Assembly: GCA_046051865.1 (NCBI GenBank)
Contig: JBJONL010000058.1
Location: 41,916-105,915, forward strand
Reading direction: 5' to 3'
Length of the DNA: 64,000 nucleotides
DNA from: Bacteroidota bacterium
GTDB taxonomy: Bacteria > Bacteroidota > Bacteroidia > Flavobacteriales > Flavobacteriaceae
Below, in pieces: positions 1 through 9,658 of the stretch (its first letter is position 1; each line of letters starts with the position of its first letter). Position numbers and translations under genes: made by a program. Below the pieces are notes generated by a model, which saw only the letters and a list, made by a program, of their open reading frames with translations, was not told the origin of the DNA and searched no databases.

Positions 1-203
1 TTAGTAAACTTTCCAGTACAAACAATCAACAATCCAGTAGCCAATGGATCCAAAGTGCCAGCATGTCCTATCTTGAATTTTTTTGGTAAATCGTAACGAC
101 GCTTTAATAAGTACTTCAATTTATTTACCGCTTGAAAAGAAGACCAGGTCAATGGCTTGTCAATCAAAAGAACTTGCCCCTCTAATATCGCATCGGCCGT
201 CAT
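1..203 (-). CDS. truB: tRNA pseudouridine(55) synthase TruB (partial, runs off the left edge)
   Basis: Manual translation from ATG at 203: [29 protein letters not shown]...[19 protein letters not shown] overlaps the uppP stop (TAATG). Confidence 0.93.
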   Translation of the reverse strand, partial: MTADAILEGQVLLIDKPLTWSSFQAVNKLKYLLKRRYDLPKKFKIGHAGTLDPLATGLLIVCTGKFT

Positions 204-1000
204 TAAATAGTCGTTAACTTCATTACAAAGAAGTGAATAAGGAGTATCGCAACTCCGGCTGCGATTCGGTAATAACCAAACATCTTAAAGCCATGTTTAG
301 ACAAATAGCCAATAAAAGATTTTATAGCCAATAATGCTACAATAAAAGCTACAACATTACCCAAAATCAAAAAGTTAACCTGATCATGGGTCAAAACATA
401 GCCGTCTTTATAATAGTCATAACATTTTTTAACGGTGGCCCCTAACATAGTAGGAACTGCCAAGAAAAAGGAAAACTCTGCTGCCGTAGTTCGGGATAAT
501 TTCTGAGACATACCTCCCACGATACTAGCCCCGCTTCGAGAAACCCCAGGAATCATTGCTAAGCATTGGAACAATCCAATTTTTACGGCAGTGGCGTAAC
601 TAATAGTTTCTTGTTCTTTGGTTTCTTCATTCGTACTAAATAAATCATCCACTTTCAGTAAAATGATACCCCCAATAACTAAGGATATCGCCACCGTAAT
701 AGGATTCTCCAACAAAGCATCTATTTTTTTGCTGAACAACAAACCAAATACTACGGCCGGAATAAAAGCAACCAACAATTTAAAGTAAAAATCTAAGGTT
801 TGAAAAAAGCGCTTGAAGTACAAAACCACGACCGATAATATGGCACCCAATTGGATAACCACCGTAAATAATTTTGTAAAATCATCATGGGCAATCCCAA
901 AAAATGAAGAGGCAATAATCATATGCCCCGTAGAAGAAATCGGTAAAAACTCCGTTATACCTTCAATAATCGCTAGAACCGCAGCTTGAATATAATCCAT
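203..1000 (-). CDS. uppP: Undecaprenyl-diphosphate phosphatase
   Basis: [14 protein letters not shown] and PGVSRSG motifs, multi-TM. Confidence 0.96.
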   Translation of the reverse strand: MDYIQAAVLAIIEGITEFLPISSTGHMIIASSFFGIAHDDFTKLFTVVIQLGAILSVVVLYFKRFFQTLDFYFKLLVAFIPAVVFGLLFSKKIDALLENPITVAISLVIGGIILLKVDDLFSTNEETKEQETISYATAVKIGLFQCLAMIPGVSRSGASIVGGMSQKLSRTTAAEFSFFLAVPTMLGATVKKCYDYYKDGYVLTHDQVNFLILGNVVAFIVALLAIKSFIGYLSKHGFKMFGYYRIAAGVAILLIHFFVMKLTTI

Positions 1001-1245
1001 TATTCCGATTTAGACTTTTTGAATATAGAATAAATGGTAATCCCAAAACCAAGCAAAACCACCGTAGGGGCAATGCGGATTCTTCTAAAATTAAAAACAT
1101 CATCATTCCAAACCTTCGGGTCATCACTACCACCACCACTCATCAATACAAACCCAATCACAATTACAGCGATACCAATCAATAAGGTCTTGTAATTCAC
1201 CTTGTCAAAAAGAAAATCCGGTTTCTGCTCGTTATTTTTCATCAT
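1000..1245 (-). CDS. DUF3098 family small membrane protein
   Basis: Two TM segments, GFVLMSGG...[10 protein letters not shown]; lies between ftsX and uppP as in Bacteroidota. Confidence 0.8.
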   Translation of the reverse strand: MMKNNEQKPDFLFDKVNYKTLLIGIAVIVIGFVLMSGGGSDDPKVWNDDVFNFRRIRIAPTVVLLGFGITIYSIFKKSKSE

Positions 1246-1297
1246 ATCTTTTAGTCTATTATCTATTATCTCTTCGTCTATTATCTATGCTGTCCCC

Positions 1298-2173
1298 TTA
1301 GTACAAATCATCCGTTCTCAAATTCAAAAAACGTTGCGTAGCAAAGTAAGTACTTATCAAAGTAATTACTATTCCCAAAACCAACACACCCAAAAGCACA
1401 ATGCCAATAGCAACTTGATTTTCTAGGATACCCAAATTAGGGTAACTCGATTGAATGTAAATTAATAATCCAATCAAAGCCACTATCGCTAACACAGCAC
1501 CAATAAAGCCCAAAATAACATTGGTTTTTATAAACGGTTTTCGAATAAAGGATTTAGTAGCCCCCACCATCTGCATCGTCTTAATGATAAAGCGGTTAGA
1601 GTAGATGGATAAACGAAGCGAACTGTTAATCAATAAAACGGAGATTAAAGCAAAGACTCCACTGATGATCAAAATCCACATACTAATGTTTTTCACATTG
1701 TCGTTCACCATGGTAACCAACTGCTTGTCATAAACAATATCCGCAATCATGTCGTTTTTACGCAAACGACTCTCAATTTTCGCAATCTCTTGATTGGTGA
1801 CAAAATCAGCTTTCAAATGAATGTCAAAGGAGTTTTGCAACGGATTCACACCCAAAAATTGCATAAAGTCCTCCCCAATTACTTTTTTATGTGCCGCGGC
1901 TGCTTTTTCTTTAGAAACATATTCAAAAGATTTAGCAAACTTAGCTGTTTTCAACTCACTGTTAAAAGCAGTCGTAACCGAGTCGTTAGCCTCGTTTTTA
2001 AAGAATACCGTCATCACAATCTCTTCCTTGAAATTGTCCGATAAACGCTTAGAATTGATGACAAAAAGCCCCAAGATTCCCAGTAAAAAAAGCACCAAAA
2101 AGATACTCAACACTACCGAAAAATAAGAGGTAATCACTCTGCGTTTCTGAAACTTTTCAAATGAGTCTGACAT
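1298..2173 (-). CDS. ftsX: Cell division permease FtsX
   Basis: N-terminal TM, periplasmic NPL motif, IKTMQMVGATKSFIRKPF, C-terminal TMs. Confidence 0.92.
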   Translation of the reverse strand: MSDSFEKFQKRRVITSYFSVVLSIFLVLFLLGILGLFVINSKRLSDNFKEEIVMTVFFKNEANDSVTTAFNSELKTAKFAKSFEYVSKEKAAAAHKKVIGEDFMQFLGVNPLQNSFDIHLKADFVTNQEIAKIESRLRKNDMIADIVYDKQLVTMVNDNVKNISMWILIISGVFALISVLLINSSLRLSIYSNRFIIKTMQMVGATKSFIRKPFIKTNVILGFIGAVLAIVALIGLLIYIQSSYPNLGILENQVAIGIVLLGVLVLGIVITLISTYFATQRFLNLRTDDLY

Positions 2174-2400
2174 AAACAGTAAATTTAGCCGTAAAAATAA
2201 TAAAGAAAATTGTTTTTATCCTTTATAACGTACAAACTTTTAACTTTATTATAATAAACGTAAATTTGTCGCTTAAATTTTTTAGCAGCGAGTGGCTTGA
2301 GCTGTTTCAGTCATCCATTTTCCCGCTTTCCGTTACAATCTCTACGAGGATTTACACTGCAATCGGGGCTAGAAAGTAAACGTATTTGACAGTAAATTAA

Positions 2401-2515
2401 AATGACTCGAGCCCGAAGGGCGACAGCATTGCACCTATAAAAAACAATAGAAGCGAGCAATGACTCGAGCTCATCGAGCGACAGCATTACACCAATAAAA
2501 ACAATACAAGCGAGT
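2401..2515. repeat. Two tandem 58/57-bp hairpin-containing (REP-like) units directly upstream of leuS
   Basis: Units 2401-2458 and 2459-2515 are near-identical, with hairpins GCCC-GAA-GGGC and GCTC-ATC-GAGC. Confidence 0.85.
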
Positions 2516-2516
2516 A

Positions 2517-5351
2517 ATGAAATATTTTCACGAACAAATCGAAGCCAAATGGCAACAGTATTGGGCACAAAACCAAACCTTCGCCGCCAGTAACAATTCA
2601 GACAAACCTAAATATTATGTCCTTGACATGTTTCCTTATCCTTCCGGAGCAGGCTTACACGTTGGACATCCTCTTGGCTACATCGCTTCCGATATCGTGG
2701 CTCGTTTCAAACGCCATAAAGGATTTAATGTATTACACCCACAAGGCTACGATTCATTCGGATTGCCAGCCGAACAATACGCCATTCAAACAGGGCAACA
2801 CCCAGAGAAAACGACCCGCGAAAACATCACCCGCTACCGCGAGCAATTAGATAAAATTGGTTTCTCCTTTGATTGGAGTAGAGAAGTGCGTACTTCAAAC
2901 CCCGACTATTACAAACATACCCAATGGATTTTCATCCAATTGTTCAATGCTTGGTACAATAACGAATCCAACAAAGCAGAAAACATCACGTCCTTAATCG
3001 CTATCTTCGAAAACGAAGGAAACGCTAACGTAAAAGCCGTTTGCGACGACAATATCGAGCCTTTTACAGCAGCTGATTGGAACTCGTTTTCTAGCGATGA
3101 GCAGCAAAAAATACTGCTACAATACCGCCTAACCTATTTGGCAGAAACGGAAGTAAACTGGTGCCCCGCATTAGGAACTGTACTAGCGAATGACGAAATC
3201 ATAAACGGAGTATCCGAACGAGGGGGTCACCAAGTAATCCGCAAGAAAATGACCCAATGGTCCATGCGCATCTCGGCCTATGCCGAACGCTTATTACAAG
3301 GATTAGAAACCATCGACTGGAGCGAATCCATCAAAGAAAGCCAACGCAACTGGATCGGAAAATCCGTAGGAGCTGCCGTTGATTTCGTAATTCCCAATTC
3401 GTCATTCGTAATTTCCGTATTTACAACCCGCCCCGACACCATCTTCGGCGTAACGTTTATGACCCTAGCTCCAGAACATGAACTAGTAGCTAAAATTACA
3501 ACGCCCGAACAAAAAGCGGCAGTAGAAGCCTACGTAGATGCAACTGCCAAACGCTCAGAAAGAGAACGTATGGCCGATGTTAAAACCATCTCTGGTGTAT
3601 TCACAGGCACCTATGCCGAACATCCCTTCACCAAAGAACCTATCCCAGTTTGGATAGGGGATTATGTACTAGCAGGCTACGGTACCGGAGCGGTAATGGC
3701 CGTACCGTGCGGCGACGAAAGAGATTACGCCTTTGCCAATTTCTTTAAAGGTCAAAACGGCATGCCCGAAATCAAAAATATCTTCAATCAAGACATCTCC
3801 GAAGCAGCCTACGGTGAGAAAGGCGGATTCGAATTAGTGAACTCCGACTTCCTAAACGGTCTTGGCTATAAAGAAGGAACTAAGAAAATCATCGAAGCAT
3901 TAGAAGGAATCGGTCAAGGAAAAGGAAAAACCAATTACCGTCTAAGAGATGCCGTGTTTTCACGACAAAGGTATTGGGGCGAACCCTTCCCGGTATACTA
4001 CGTAAACGGATTACCGCAAATGATTGATAGCGCCCATTTGCCTATCGTACTTCCCGAAGTAGAGAAGTATTTGCCCACAGAAGACGGGCAACCCCCACTA
4101 GGGAATGCGACAAACTGGGCTTGGGATACGGTAGCCAAAAAAGTAGTCAGCAATGATTTAATCAACAATACAACCGTTCACCCGTTAGAACTCAACACCA
4201 TGCCCGGTTGGGCAGGAAGCTCATGGTACTGGATGAGATACATGGATGCCAGCAACGAAACCGAGTTCGCCTCCGCCGACGCCTTAAAGTATTGGGAAAA
4301 CGTCGACCTATACATAGGAGGAAGCGAACACGCCACAGGCCATCTATTGTATTCCCGCTTCTGGAACAAATTCCTAAAAGACCTGGGCTACGCTCCAACC
4401 GAAGAACCCTTCAAGAAACTAATCAACCAAGGGATGATTCTAGGAATGAGTGCTTTTGTGTATAGAAGCGAAGATTCTAAAAAATTATATTCAAAAGGTG
4501 TAATCGCAGGCGAAAAAGTGCAACCTATCCACGTGGACCTAGCCGTTATAAAAGACATTACTAACGAATTGGATATCGAAGCCTTCAAAAAGCATCCACT
4601 GTATTCCGATTATAAGGACGCCGAATTCATTTTAGAAGATGGTAAATACATCGTAGGCCGTGAAGTAGAAAAAATGTCGAAGTCCAAATACAACGTAGTC
4701 AACCCCGACGATATCTGCAACGACTACGGAGCAGATACGTTGCGTTTATACGAAATGTTCTTAGGACCACTAGAACAAGCCAAACCATGGAACACCGCCG
4801 GAATCACCGGAGTATCAGGCTTCCTAAAAAAACTATGGCGCTTGTATTTTGACGACAACGGTTTGATAGTGACGGATGGCGAACCAACCCCCGAAATGCA
4901 CAAAACCCTACACAAAACCATCAAAAAAGTAACCGAGGATATCGAGAATTTCTCCTTCAATACATCGGTGTCACAATTTATGATTTGTGTAAACGAACTA
5001 GCATCGCAAAAATGCAACCATAGAGCAATACTCGAACCACTAGCCGTACTGATTTCTCCGTATGCCCCACACATAGCCGAAGAGCTATGGGCACAATTAG
5101 GACACGAAGGTTCGGTGTCAACAATAGCTTTCCCTATCTGTGAAGAGAAATATTTGGTAGAATCCGAAAAAGAATACCCAGTATCCTTCAACGGCAAAAT
5201 GCGTTTTACCATCAAATTGCCACTAGACCTAACCGTAGCCCAAATACAAGAAATTGTTTTAGCAGACGAACGTACAATCAAGCAGTTAGAAGGACGAACA
5301 CCCAATAAAGTGATTATCGTACCCGGTAAAGTAATCAACCTAGTAGGGTAA
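2517..5351 (+). CDS. leuS: Leucine--tRNA ligase
   Basis: MFPYPSGAGLHVGH (HIGH), KMSKS, FTTRPDT editing domain. Confidence 0.98.
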   Translation: MKYFHEQIEAKWQQYWAQNQTFAASNNSDKPKYYVLDMFPYPSGAGLHVGHPLGYIASDIVARFKRHKGFNVLHPQGYDSFGLPAEQYAIQTGQHPEKTTRENITRYREQLDKIGFSFDWSREVRTSNPDYYKHTQWIFIQLFNAWYNNESNKAENITSLIAIFENEGNANVKAVCDDNIEPFTAADWNSFSSDEQQKILLQYRLTYLAETEVNWCPALGTVLANDEIINGVSERGGHQVIRKKMTQWSMRISAYAERLLQGLETIDWSESIKESQRNWIGKSVGAAVDFVIPNSSFVISVFTTRPDTIFGVTFMTLAPEHELVAKITTPEQKAAVEAYVDATAKRSERERMADVKTISGVFTGTYAEHPFTKEPIPVWIGDYVLAGYGTGAVMAVPCGDERDYAFANFFKGQNGMPEIKNIFNQDISEAAYGEKGGFELVNSDFLNGLGYKEGTKKIIEALEGIGQGKGKTNYRLRDAVFSRQRYWGEPFPVYYVNGLPQMIDSAHLPIVLPEVEKYLPTEDGQPPLGNATNWAWDTVAKKVVSNDLINNTTVHPLELNTMPGWAGSSWYWMRYMDASNETEFASADALKYWENVDLYIGGSEHATGHLLYSRFWNKFLKDLGYAPTEEPFKKLINQGMILGMSAFVYRSEDSKKLYSKGVIAGEKVQPIHVDLAVIKDITNELDIEAFKKHPLYSDYKDAEFILEDGKYIVGREVEKMSKSKYNVVNPDDICNDYGADTLRLYEMFLGPLEQAKPWNTAGITGVSGFLKKLWRLYFDDNGLIVTDGEPTPEMHKTLHKTIKKVTEDIENFSFNTSVSQFMICVNELASQKCNHRAILEPLAVLISPYAPHIAEELWAQLGHEGSVSTIAFPICEEKYLVESEKEYPVSFNGKMRFTIKLPLDLTVAQIQEIVLADERTIKQLEGRTPNKVIIVPGKVINLVG

Positions 5352-5371
5352 ACCAACTAAAGACCCTATCC

Positions 5372-5405
5372 AAAACCCAAACTCTTCTAGAGTTTGGGTT
5401 TTTTT
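5372..5405 (+). terminator. Intrinsic terminator after leuS
   Basis: aaaacccaaactc-ttcta-gagtttgggtttt followed by a T-tract. Confidence 0.85.
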
Positions 5406-5600
5406 ATGCAATAAAGCATAGTCTAGTATACATTAGAGCAATAGCTCATTTATAGCGTATATATAGCGTATATAAAAGTAGTATCATGCTATAAAAGCCT
5501 TATCTACTTAAATTGTAAGTTTAGTTTTTTTGGTAATAATGACGTAGCAAACCTCGAGGAATAGCAGGATGTCCCTGAGTACACAAGTAGTAAATTTGAT

Positions 5601-5789
5601 TTAGAAAACCTTGAAATATAGGAGCATATATAAAACAAACCACACTAAAATGGTAGTCAAAACAGGGTTCAATTTCGATTGAATAGGGTCTTTAAGGTAG
5701 CTGAAAGAGTCTTTTAGAAGTAGTAGGGTACTAATAGGGATAAATAATATAACTAAGATAATGCCTAACCCATACTTCCCCATTTTCAA
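5601..5789 (-). CDS. Possible small two-TM membrane protein
   Basis: 62-aa ORF with two hydrophobic stretches, just downstream of Lrp on the same strand; no family recognised. Confidence 0.35.
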   Translation of the reverse strand: MKMGKYGLGIILVILFIPISTLLLLKDSFSYLKDPIQSKLNPVLTTILVWFVLYMLLYFKVF

Positions 5790-5823
5790 ATCTTCAAATC
5801 TTCAAATTTTCAAATTTTCAAAT
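5783..5823. repeat. 8-bp tandem repeat (TTCAAATY), about 5 copies
   Basis: tttcaaatcttcaaatcttcaaattttcaaattttcaaat. Confidence 0.8.
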
Positions 5824-5830
5824 CCCGAAA

Positions 5831-6301
5831 TCAAAGCTGTATCTGCCGCTCAAGCTGCTGCTCCAAAGAAATAAAAGTTTCCGTTCGGGATACCCCATCA
5901 ATAGGCTGTATCTTCTTGTTCAGCAACTGCATCAAATGCTCATTGTCCTTGCAAATAATCTTAATGAGGATACTCCAATTGCCAGTAGTATAATGACACT
6001 CCAATACCTCAGGTATCTTCTTCAATTCCCGTACCGCATCCGAATTACTAGAAGCTTTGTCCAAATAAATCCCAATAAACGCCATCGTCTTATACCCCAA
6101 TACCCGGTTGTCAATAATAAACTTCGAACCTGAGATTACCCCAGCTTCTTCCAACTTCCGCAACCGCTGATGTATCGCCGCCCCCGAAATACCTATTTTA
6201 TTCCCAATTTGTAGAATCGGCTTACGCGCATCTTCCATCAACGCTCTAAGGATTTCTTTATCGATACCGTCTATTTCTATTTGCAATTGATTTATTTTCA
6301 T
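5831..6301 (-). CDS. Lrp/AsnC family transcriptional regulator
   Basis: IDKEILRALMEDARKP...ISGAAIHQRLRKLEEAGVI HTH and a C-terminal RAM domain (ECHYTTG). Confidence 0.94.
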   Translation of the reverse strand: MKINQLQIEIDGIDKEILRALMEDARKPILQIGNKIGISGAAIHQRLRKLEEAGVISGSKFIIDNRVLGYKTMAFIGIYLDKASSNSDAVRELKKIPEVLECHYTTGNWSILIKIICKDNEHLMQLLNKKIQPIDGVSRTETFISLEQQLERQIQL

Positions 6302-6315
6302 TTGTTCAAGTTGTT

Positions 6316-6420
6316 TTAAGAATAATAGAACAAGCTAAAGCTTGTATACCTCAAGCCCACTGGGCTTGCTCCTTTTAATTTCAAATCGTCAATTTCAATT
6401 TGTAACTGATTAAGCTTCAT
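6316..6420 (-). other. 34-codon uORF whose first 11 codons duplicate the Lrp/AsnC N-terminus
   Basis: MKLNQLQIEIDDLKLKGASPVGLRYTSFSLFYYS* versus Lrp MKINQLQIEIDG. Confidence 0.7.
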
Positions 6421-6469
6421 AATGTGATTATTTAAAGTAAAAGTAACTATTTCCTACTTATCTATATAC

Positions 6470-6500
6470 AAAAAAACCGAAATCAGTTACGATTTCGGTT
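6470..6500 (-). terminator. Terminator after saccharopine dehydrogenase
   Basis: aaccgaaatc-agttac-gatttcggtt with an A-run on + (U-tract on -). Confidence 0.7.
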
Positions 6501-6521
6501 ATAGTATAATAGTTGAGGTTC

Positions 6522-7895
6522 CTAGTTTCCCAATAACTTATCGGGATTATAACCCACATAAGGCATCTCCGTTTCCTTAAAGACTACCCCAAAAGTTTCC
6601 AATTCTTTCAATATCGGCTCATAAACCTCTTTACGTATCGGCAATTGTACCCCTGGCGTTTTAATATTTCCATTCAAGATCTGTAACGTAGCCATTGCAA
6701 CCGGTAAACCAACCGTCTTAGCCATCGCCGTATACGTTTGGTCATCACCGATACAAACCATCTTGGAATCAATTTGCTTGCGCTCGCCATTAAGTTCGTA
6801 TCCAAATTTGTGATACATCACAATCATATCTTTGTCTTCGGGTTGTAGGGTCCAACGGTCATTCAAAATGCGCTCTAAGATTTGTGCCGGTGTAGCCTCT
6901 TTCAAACCCACAATTTTCTTAGCATTGAACAAATCCAATTCCAATAACTTGTCCCACATAATATCATCTTGCTCAATTCCTAGGGCCAAACGGGTCTTAA
7001 TTTCAACCGAATCCGTAGGATGATAAGGTAAAAACGAATTGAGATAGTCACGGTAACTCATCGTTTCCGAGTGTTCCATTACATAAGAGTCATCCGTCAT
7101 GCCTAATTGTACAAACATGTTCCAAGCCTTTGAATACCCAACCCGACGTATAGTCCCACGGTACAAAGTAAGGACATCATCCAATCCATAAACACTGCGG
7201 TATTTCAAAGAATCTCTATTGGCATAACCCTCAAACTTACCATAACCCTCCACTTCCAAAAACTCCGTTCTTCTGAATAATTTGTGGTACGGAATGTACT
7301 TGTATTTTCCTTCCTGTATGAACTTCGCAGCCCCACCTTGCCCAGCCAAAACTACATTGCGTGGTGCCCAAGTAAATTTATAGTTCCAAAGATTGTTATC
7401 ACTTTCTGGTGCAACTAAGCCCCCACAAAACGATTCAAATAAAATCATCTTGCCTCCCTTAGCTTCGATCTCATGAATCACCTTCATCGCACTCATGTGA
7501 TCAATTCCAGGATCAAGACCTATCTCATTCATGAAGACCAATCCATTAGCTTGTGCCGCAGCATCCAATCCCTGCATCGCCTCCGATACATAGGAAGCCG
7601 TAACCATATGCTTTCTATAGGTGACACAATCTTGCGCAACTTCAAAATGCATATGAGCAGGCAACATCGAAATAACAATGTCGGCCTTTTGAATCTCACT
7701 TTGTCGTTGGGCTACATTGTTAATGTCTAATGCTATTGCCGTAGCATTCGGATGATTATGGGTCTTGCGTTGGGCTAATTCTAAAGATAAATCGCCTATC
7801 GTCAGATGCAGTTGCTCTTCAGCCGATTTATGTAAAAGGTATTGTATCAGGGAAGATGCCGAACGACCAGCACCTATGATTAATATGTTTCTCAT
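6522..7895 (-). CDS. Saccharopine dehydrogenase (lysine metabolism)
   Basis: ILIIGAGRS Rossmann start, GLDPGIDHMSA, YKFTWAPRNV, MAKTVGLP; start moved to MRNILII at 7895. Confidence 0.92.
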   Translation of the reverse strand: MRNILIIGAGRSASSLIQYLLHKSAEEQLHLTIGDLSLELAQRKTHNHPNATAIALDINNVAQRQSEIQKADIVISMLPAHMHFEVAQDCVTYRKHMVTASYVSEAMQGLDAAAQANGLVFMNEIGLDPGIDHMSAMKVIHEIEAKGGKMILFESFCGGLVAPESDNNLWNYKFTWAPRNVVLAGQGGAAKFIQEGKYKYIPYHKLFRRTEFLEVEGYGKFEGYANRDSLKYRSVYGLDDVLTLYRGTIRRVGYSKAWNMFVQLGMTDDSYVMEHSETMSYRDYLNSFLPYHPTDSVEIKTRLALGIEQDDIMWDKLLELDLFNAKKIVGLKEATPAQILERILNDRWTLQPEDKDMIVMYHKFGYELNGERKQIDSKMVCIGDDQTYTAMAKTVGLPVAMATLQILNGNIKTPGVQLPIRKEVYEPILKELETFGVVFKETEMPYVGYNPDKLLGN

Positions 7896-7967
7896 GCGTT
7901 TGTTTGTTGTTGGCGGCAAAGGTATGAAATAAACAAAAAAGCCCATCGTTTCCAATGAGCTTTTGAA

Positions 7968-8291
7968 TTATTCTAATCCTTCAAGTTCTTCCAAATCCTT
8001 TTGGGCCTCCTTCTTATTTTCAATTTTTTGTTCTTCAAATTTAGTGTCCTTAGCAACTTCATCTTTAATAAACAAGATCTTTCCCATTACAAATGCGGAA
8101 CAAAGGACTCCAATAAAAAGTAATATTTTTGGCAACTTCTTTTGACGTTCCTCTGATTTCTTTAACAGTAGCAAACTACAGACTAAGGCCAATCCGATAG
8201 GTAAAAAGGCCAAAGTATCCATCGGTAATATGGCAAACACCAAAGCTAATACCGTTAAAACTAGAGCCAATATTAAAAATAGTTTTCTCAT
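7968..8291 (-). CDS. Hypothetical membrane protein
   Basis: Three hydrophobic segments and a charged C-terminal tail; co-oriented behind DUF3108. Confidence 0.7.
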   Translation of the reverse strand: MRKLFLILALVLTVLALVFAILPMDTLAFLPIGLALVCSLLLLKKSEERQKKLPKILLFIGVLCSAFVMGKILFIKDEVAKDTKFEEQKIENKKEAQKDLEELEGLE

Positions 8292-8303
8292 AATAGAATA
8301 AGA

Positions 8304-9065
8304 TTACATGCCACTAGCAGAAGTTAGTACTAATTGACCCGTGCCCACAGGGATACTAAATTTCAATAAAGCAGGGACTTTATAAGCATCTGCAGTCAAC
8401 CAAATAAGGTTCTTGTCTTTCCCTCTCAAGGCATCCGTTTTAGCTCCAATAGAAATCTTATAGCATTCTTTTTTTCCTAAATTCCCTGCATTAATGGTCT
8501 CCTTACCCATAAACTTTAGGGTGACAGGAACCTGTTTCTCGTCAAATACAATTAACATGGTTTGCGTTTGTCCGACTTTTAATTTGCTCAAATCCATTGT
8601 CCTAACTTTATAGAACATCGAAATAACATCTTGGGTGGTTGGCCCAACACTAAAGGTTTTTTGGCTTTCAGGACGATTCTTTTTCTTAGAAGTACTATTT
8701 ATAGTGTTGCCTTTAAATACATATTTCTCCTTTTTAGTCCATCCTCCTTCATCAATGCTTCTTTTATATAAACTAGGGCGCAAATTAGCCGAATTTACAT
8801 AACTTTCATAAATATCTCTAATCTTAAAAAAAGAATCCCACTTGCTGTAAGTAGATAATTCACAGCTCAAATGTAAATAATTGTTTTTAGCTGTGGTAAC
8901 CGTTTCAGTGGTCATGGTCACTTGAGCCAACTGGGTCATCAATCCACTCATGTTATAAGAACCAGCAAAAACAAATTTCTCCCCAGATCTAATGGTTTGA
9001 CCAGTAAGTGTAGTAAATGCGCTTACCAAATACACAGCACTTAAGATTAATAATGATTTTTTCAT
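8304..9065 (-). CDS. DUF3108 family secreted protein
   Basis: Signal peptide, GEKFVF, FFKIRDIYESY, IWLTAD..KVP pattern. Confidence 0.75.
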   Translation of the reverse strand: MKKSLLILSAVYLVSAFTTLTGQTIRSGEKFVFAGSYNMSGLMTQLAQVTMTTETVTTAKNNYLHLSCELSTYSKWDSFFKIRDIYESYVNSANLRPSLYKRSIDEGGWTKKEKYVFKGNTINSTSKKKNRPESQKTFSVGPTTQDVISMFYKVRTMDLSKLKVGQTQTMLIVFDEKQVPVTLKFMGKETINAGNLGKKECYKISIGAKTDALRGKDKNLIWLTADAYKVPALLKFSIPVGTGQLVLTSASGM

Positions 9066-9190
9066 GGTAATGATTTATGGCTGCAAATATAAAAGATTTA
9101 AAACTGTTAAATTTCTAAAAGAAAAGCCAATTTTTCTTTCTGTTGAACAGATAACGAATAAATTTGTCTTATCATACAAAATAGTGGAAA

Positions 9191-9574
9191 ATGGAAAGAA
9201 GAATTCTAAGTGTCGCAGCCTTTATGGGTACGACCGCAATTGTTTTAGGTGCTTTTGGAGCGCATGCGCTAAAAAAATACCTTTCAATAGAACAACTAAA
9301 CACGTTTGAAACTGGGGTGAAATACCAAATGTATCATGCGCTTTTTTTGCTATTTCTTGGGTTAAATCCTTTCTTGACCGAAAAAGCAAAAAAAAGCACA
9401 TTCCATCTCATCTGCAGTGGCGTAATTTTCTTCTCTGGTTCCATTTATTTGTTAGCTACAAAAAGTTTAACGCACATTGATTTCAAACCCATTGGAATCA
9501 TTACGCCAATCGGAGGAGCCTTATTAATAGCGGGCTGGAGCATCTTGTTTTGGCACATGATTAAAAAGAGGTAA
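9191..9574 (+). CDS. DUF423 (YgdD/TMEM256) membrane protein
   Basis: GAFGAH, YQMYHA, FSGSIY, ITPIGG. Confidence 0.92.
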   Translation: MERRILSVAAFMGTTAIVLGAFGAHALKKYLSIEQLNTFETGVKYQMYHALFLLFLGLNPFLTEKAKKSTFHLICSGVIFFSGSIYLLATKSLTHIDFKPIGIITPIGGALLIAGWSILFWHMIKKR

Positions 9575-9658
9575 TAATATTTTTGCTAAAAAAATAGTTT
9601 CTAAAATTTAATTTTTACCTTTGTAACCTCAATTATAAAACAACACAAACTAATTTCC

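Noticed and set aside
1246-1297. TCTATTA heptamer repeats, and the ACTGCG repeats at about 52868-52890
   Set aside because: Short low-complexity intergenic repeats of a kind common in Flavobacterium; no further structure
2401-2515. T-box riboswitch or self-cleaving ribozyme upstream of leuS
   Set aside because: No T-box antiterminator motif, no hammerhead core (CUGAUGA/GAAA) and no convincing twister core on either strand
2311-2568. 85-aa minus-strand ORF
   Set aside because: It is a read-through of the repeat elements and overlaps the leuS start antisense
4724-5356. 210-aa ORF antisense to leuS, and the many similar antisense ORFs in dnaE, pckA and the TBDR
   Set aside because: Opposite-strand shadows of well-supported genes with no family motifs
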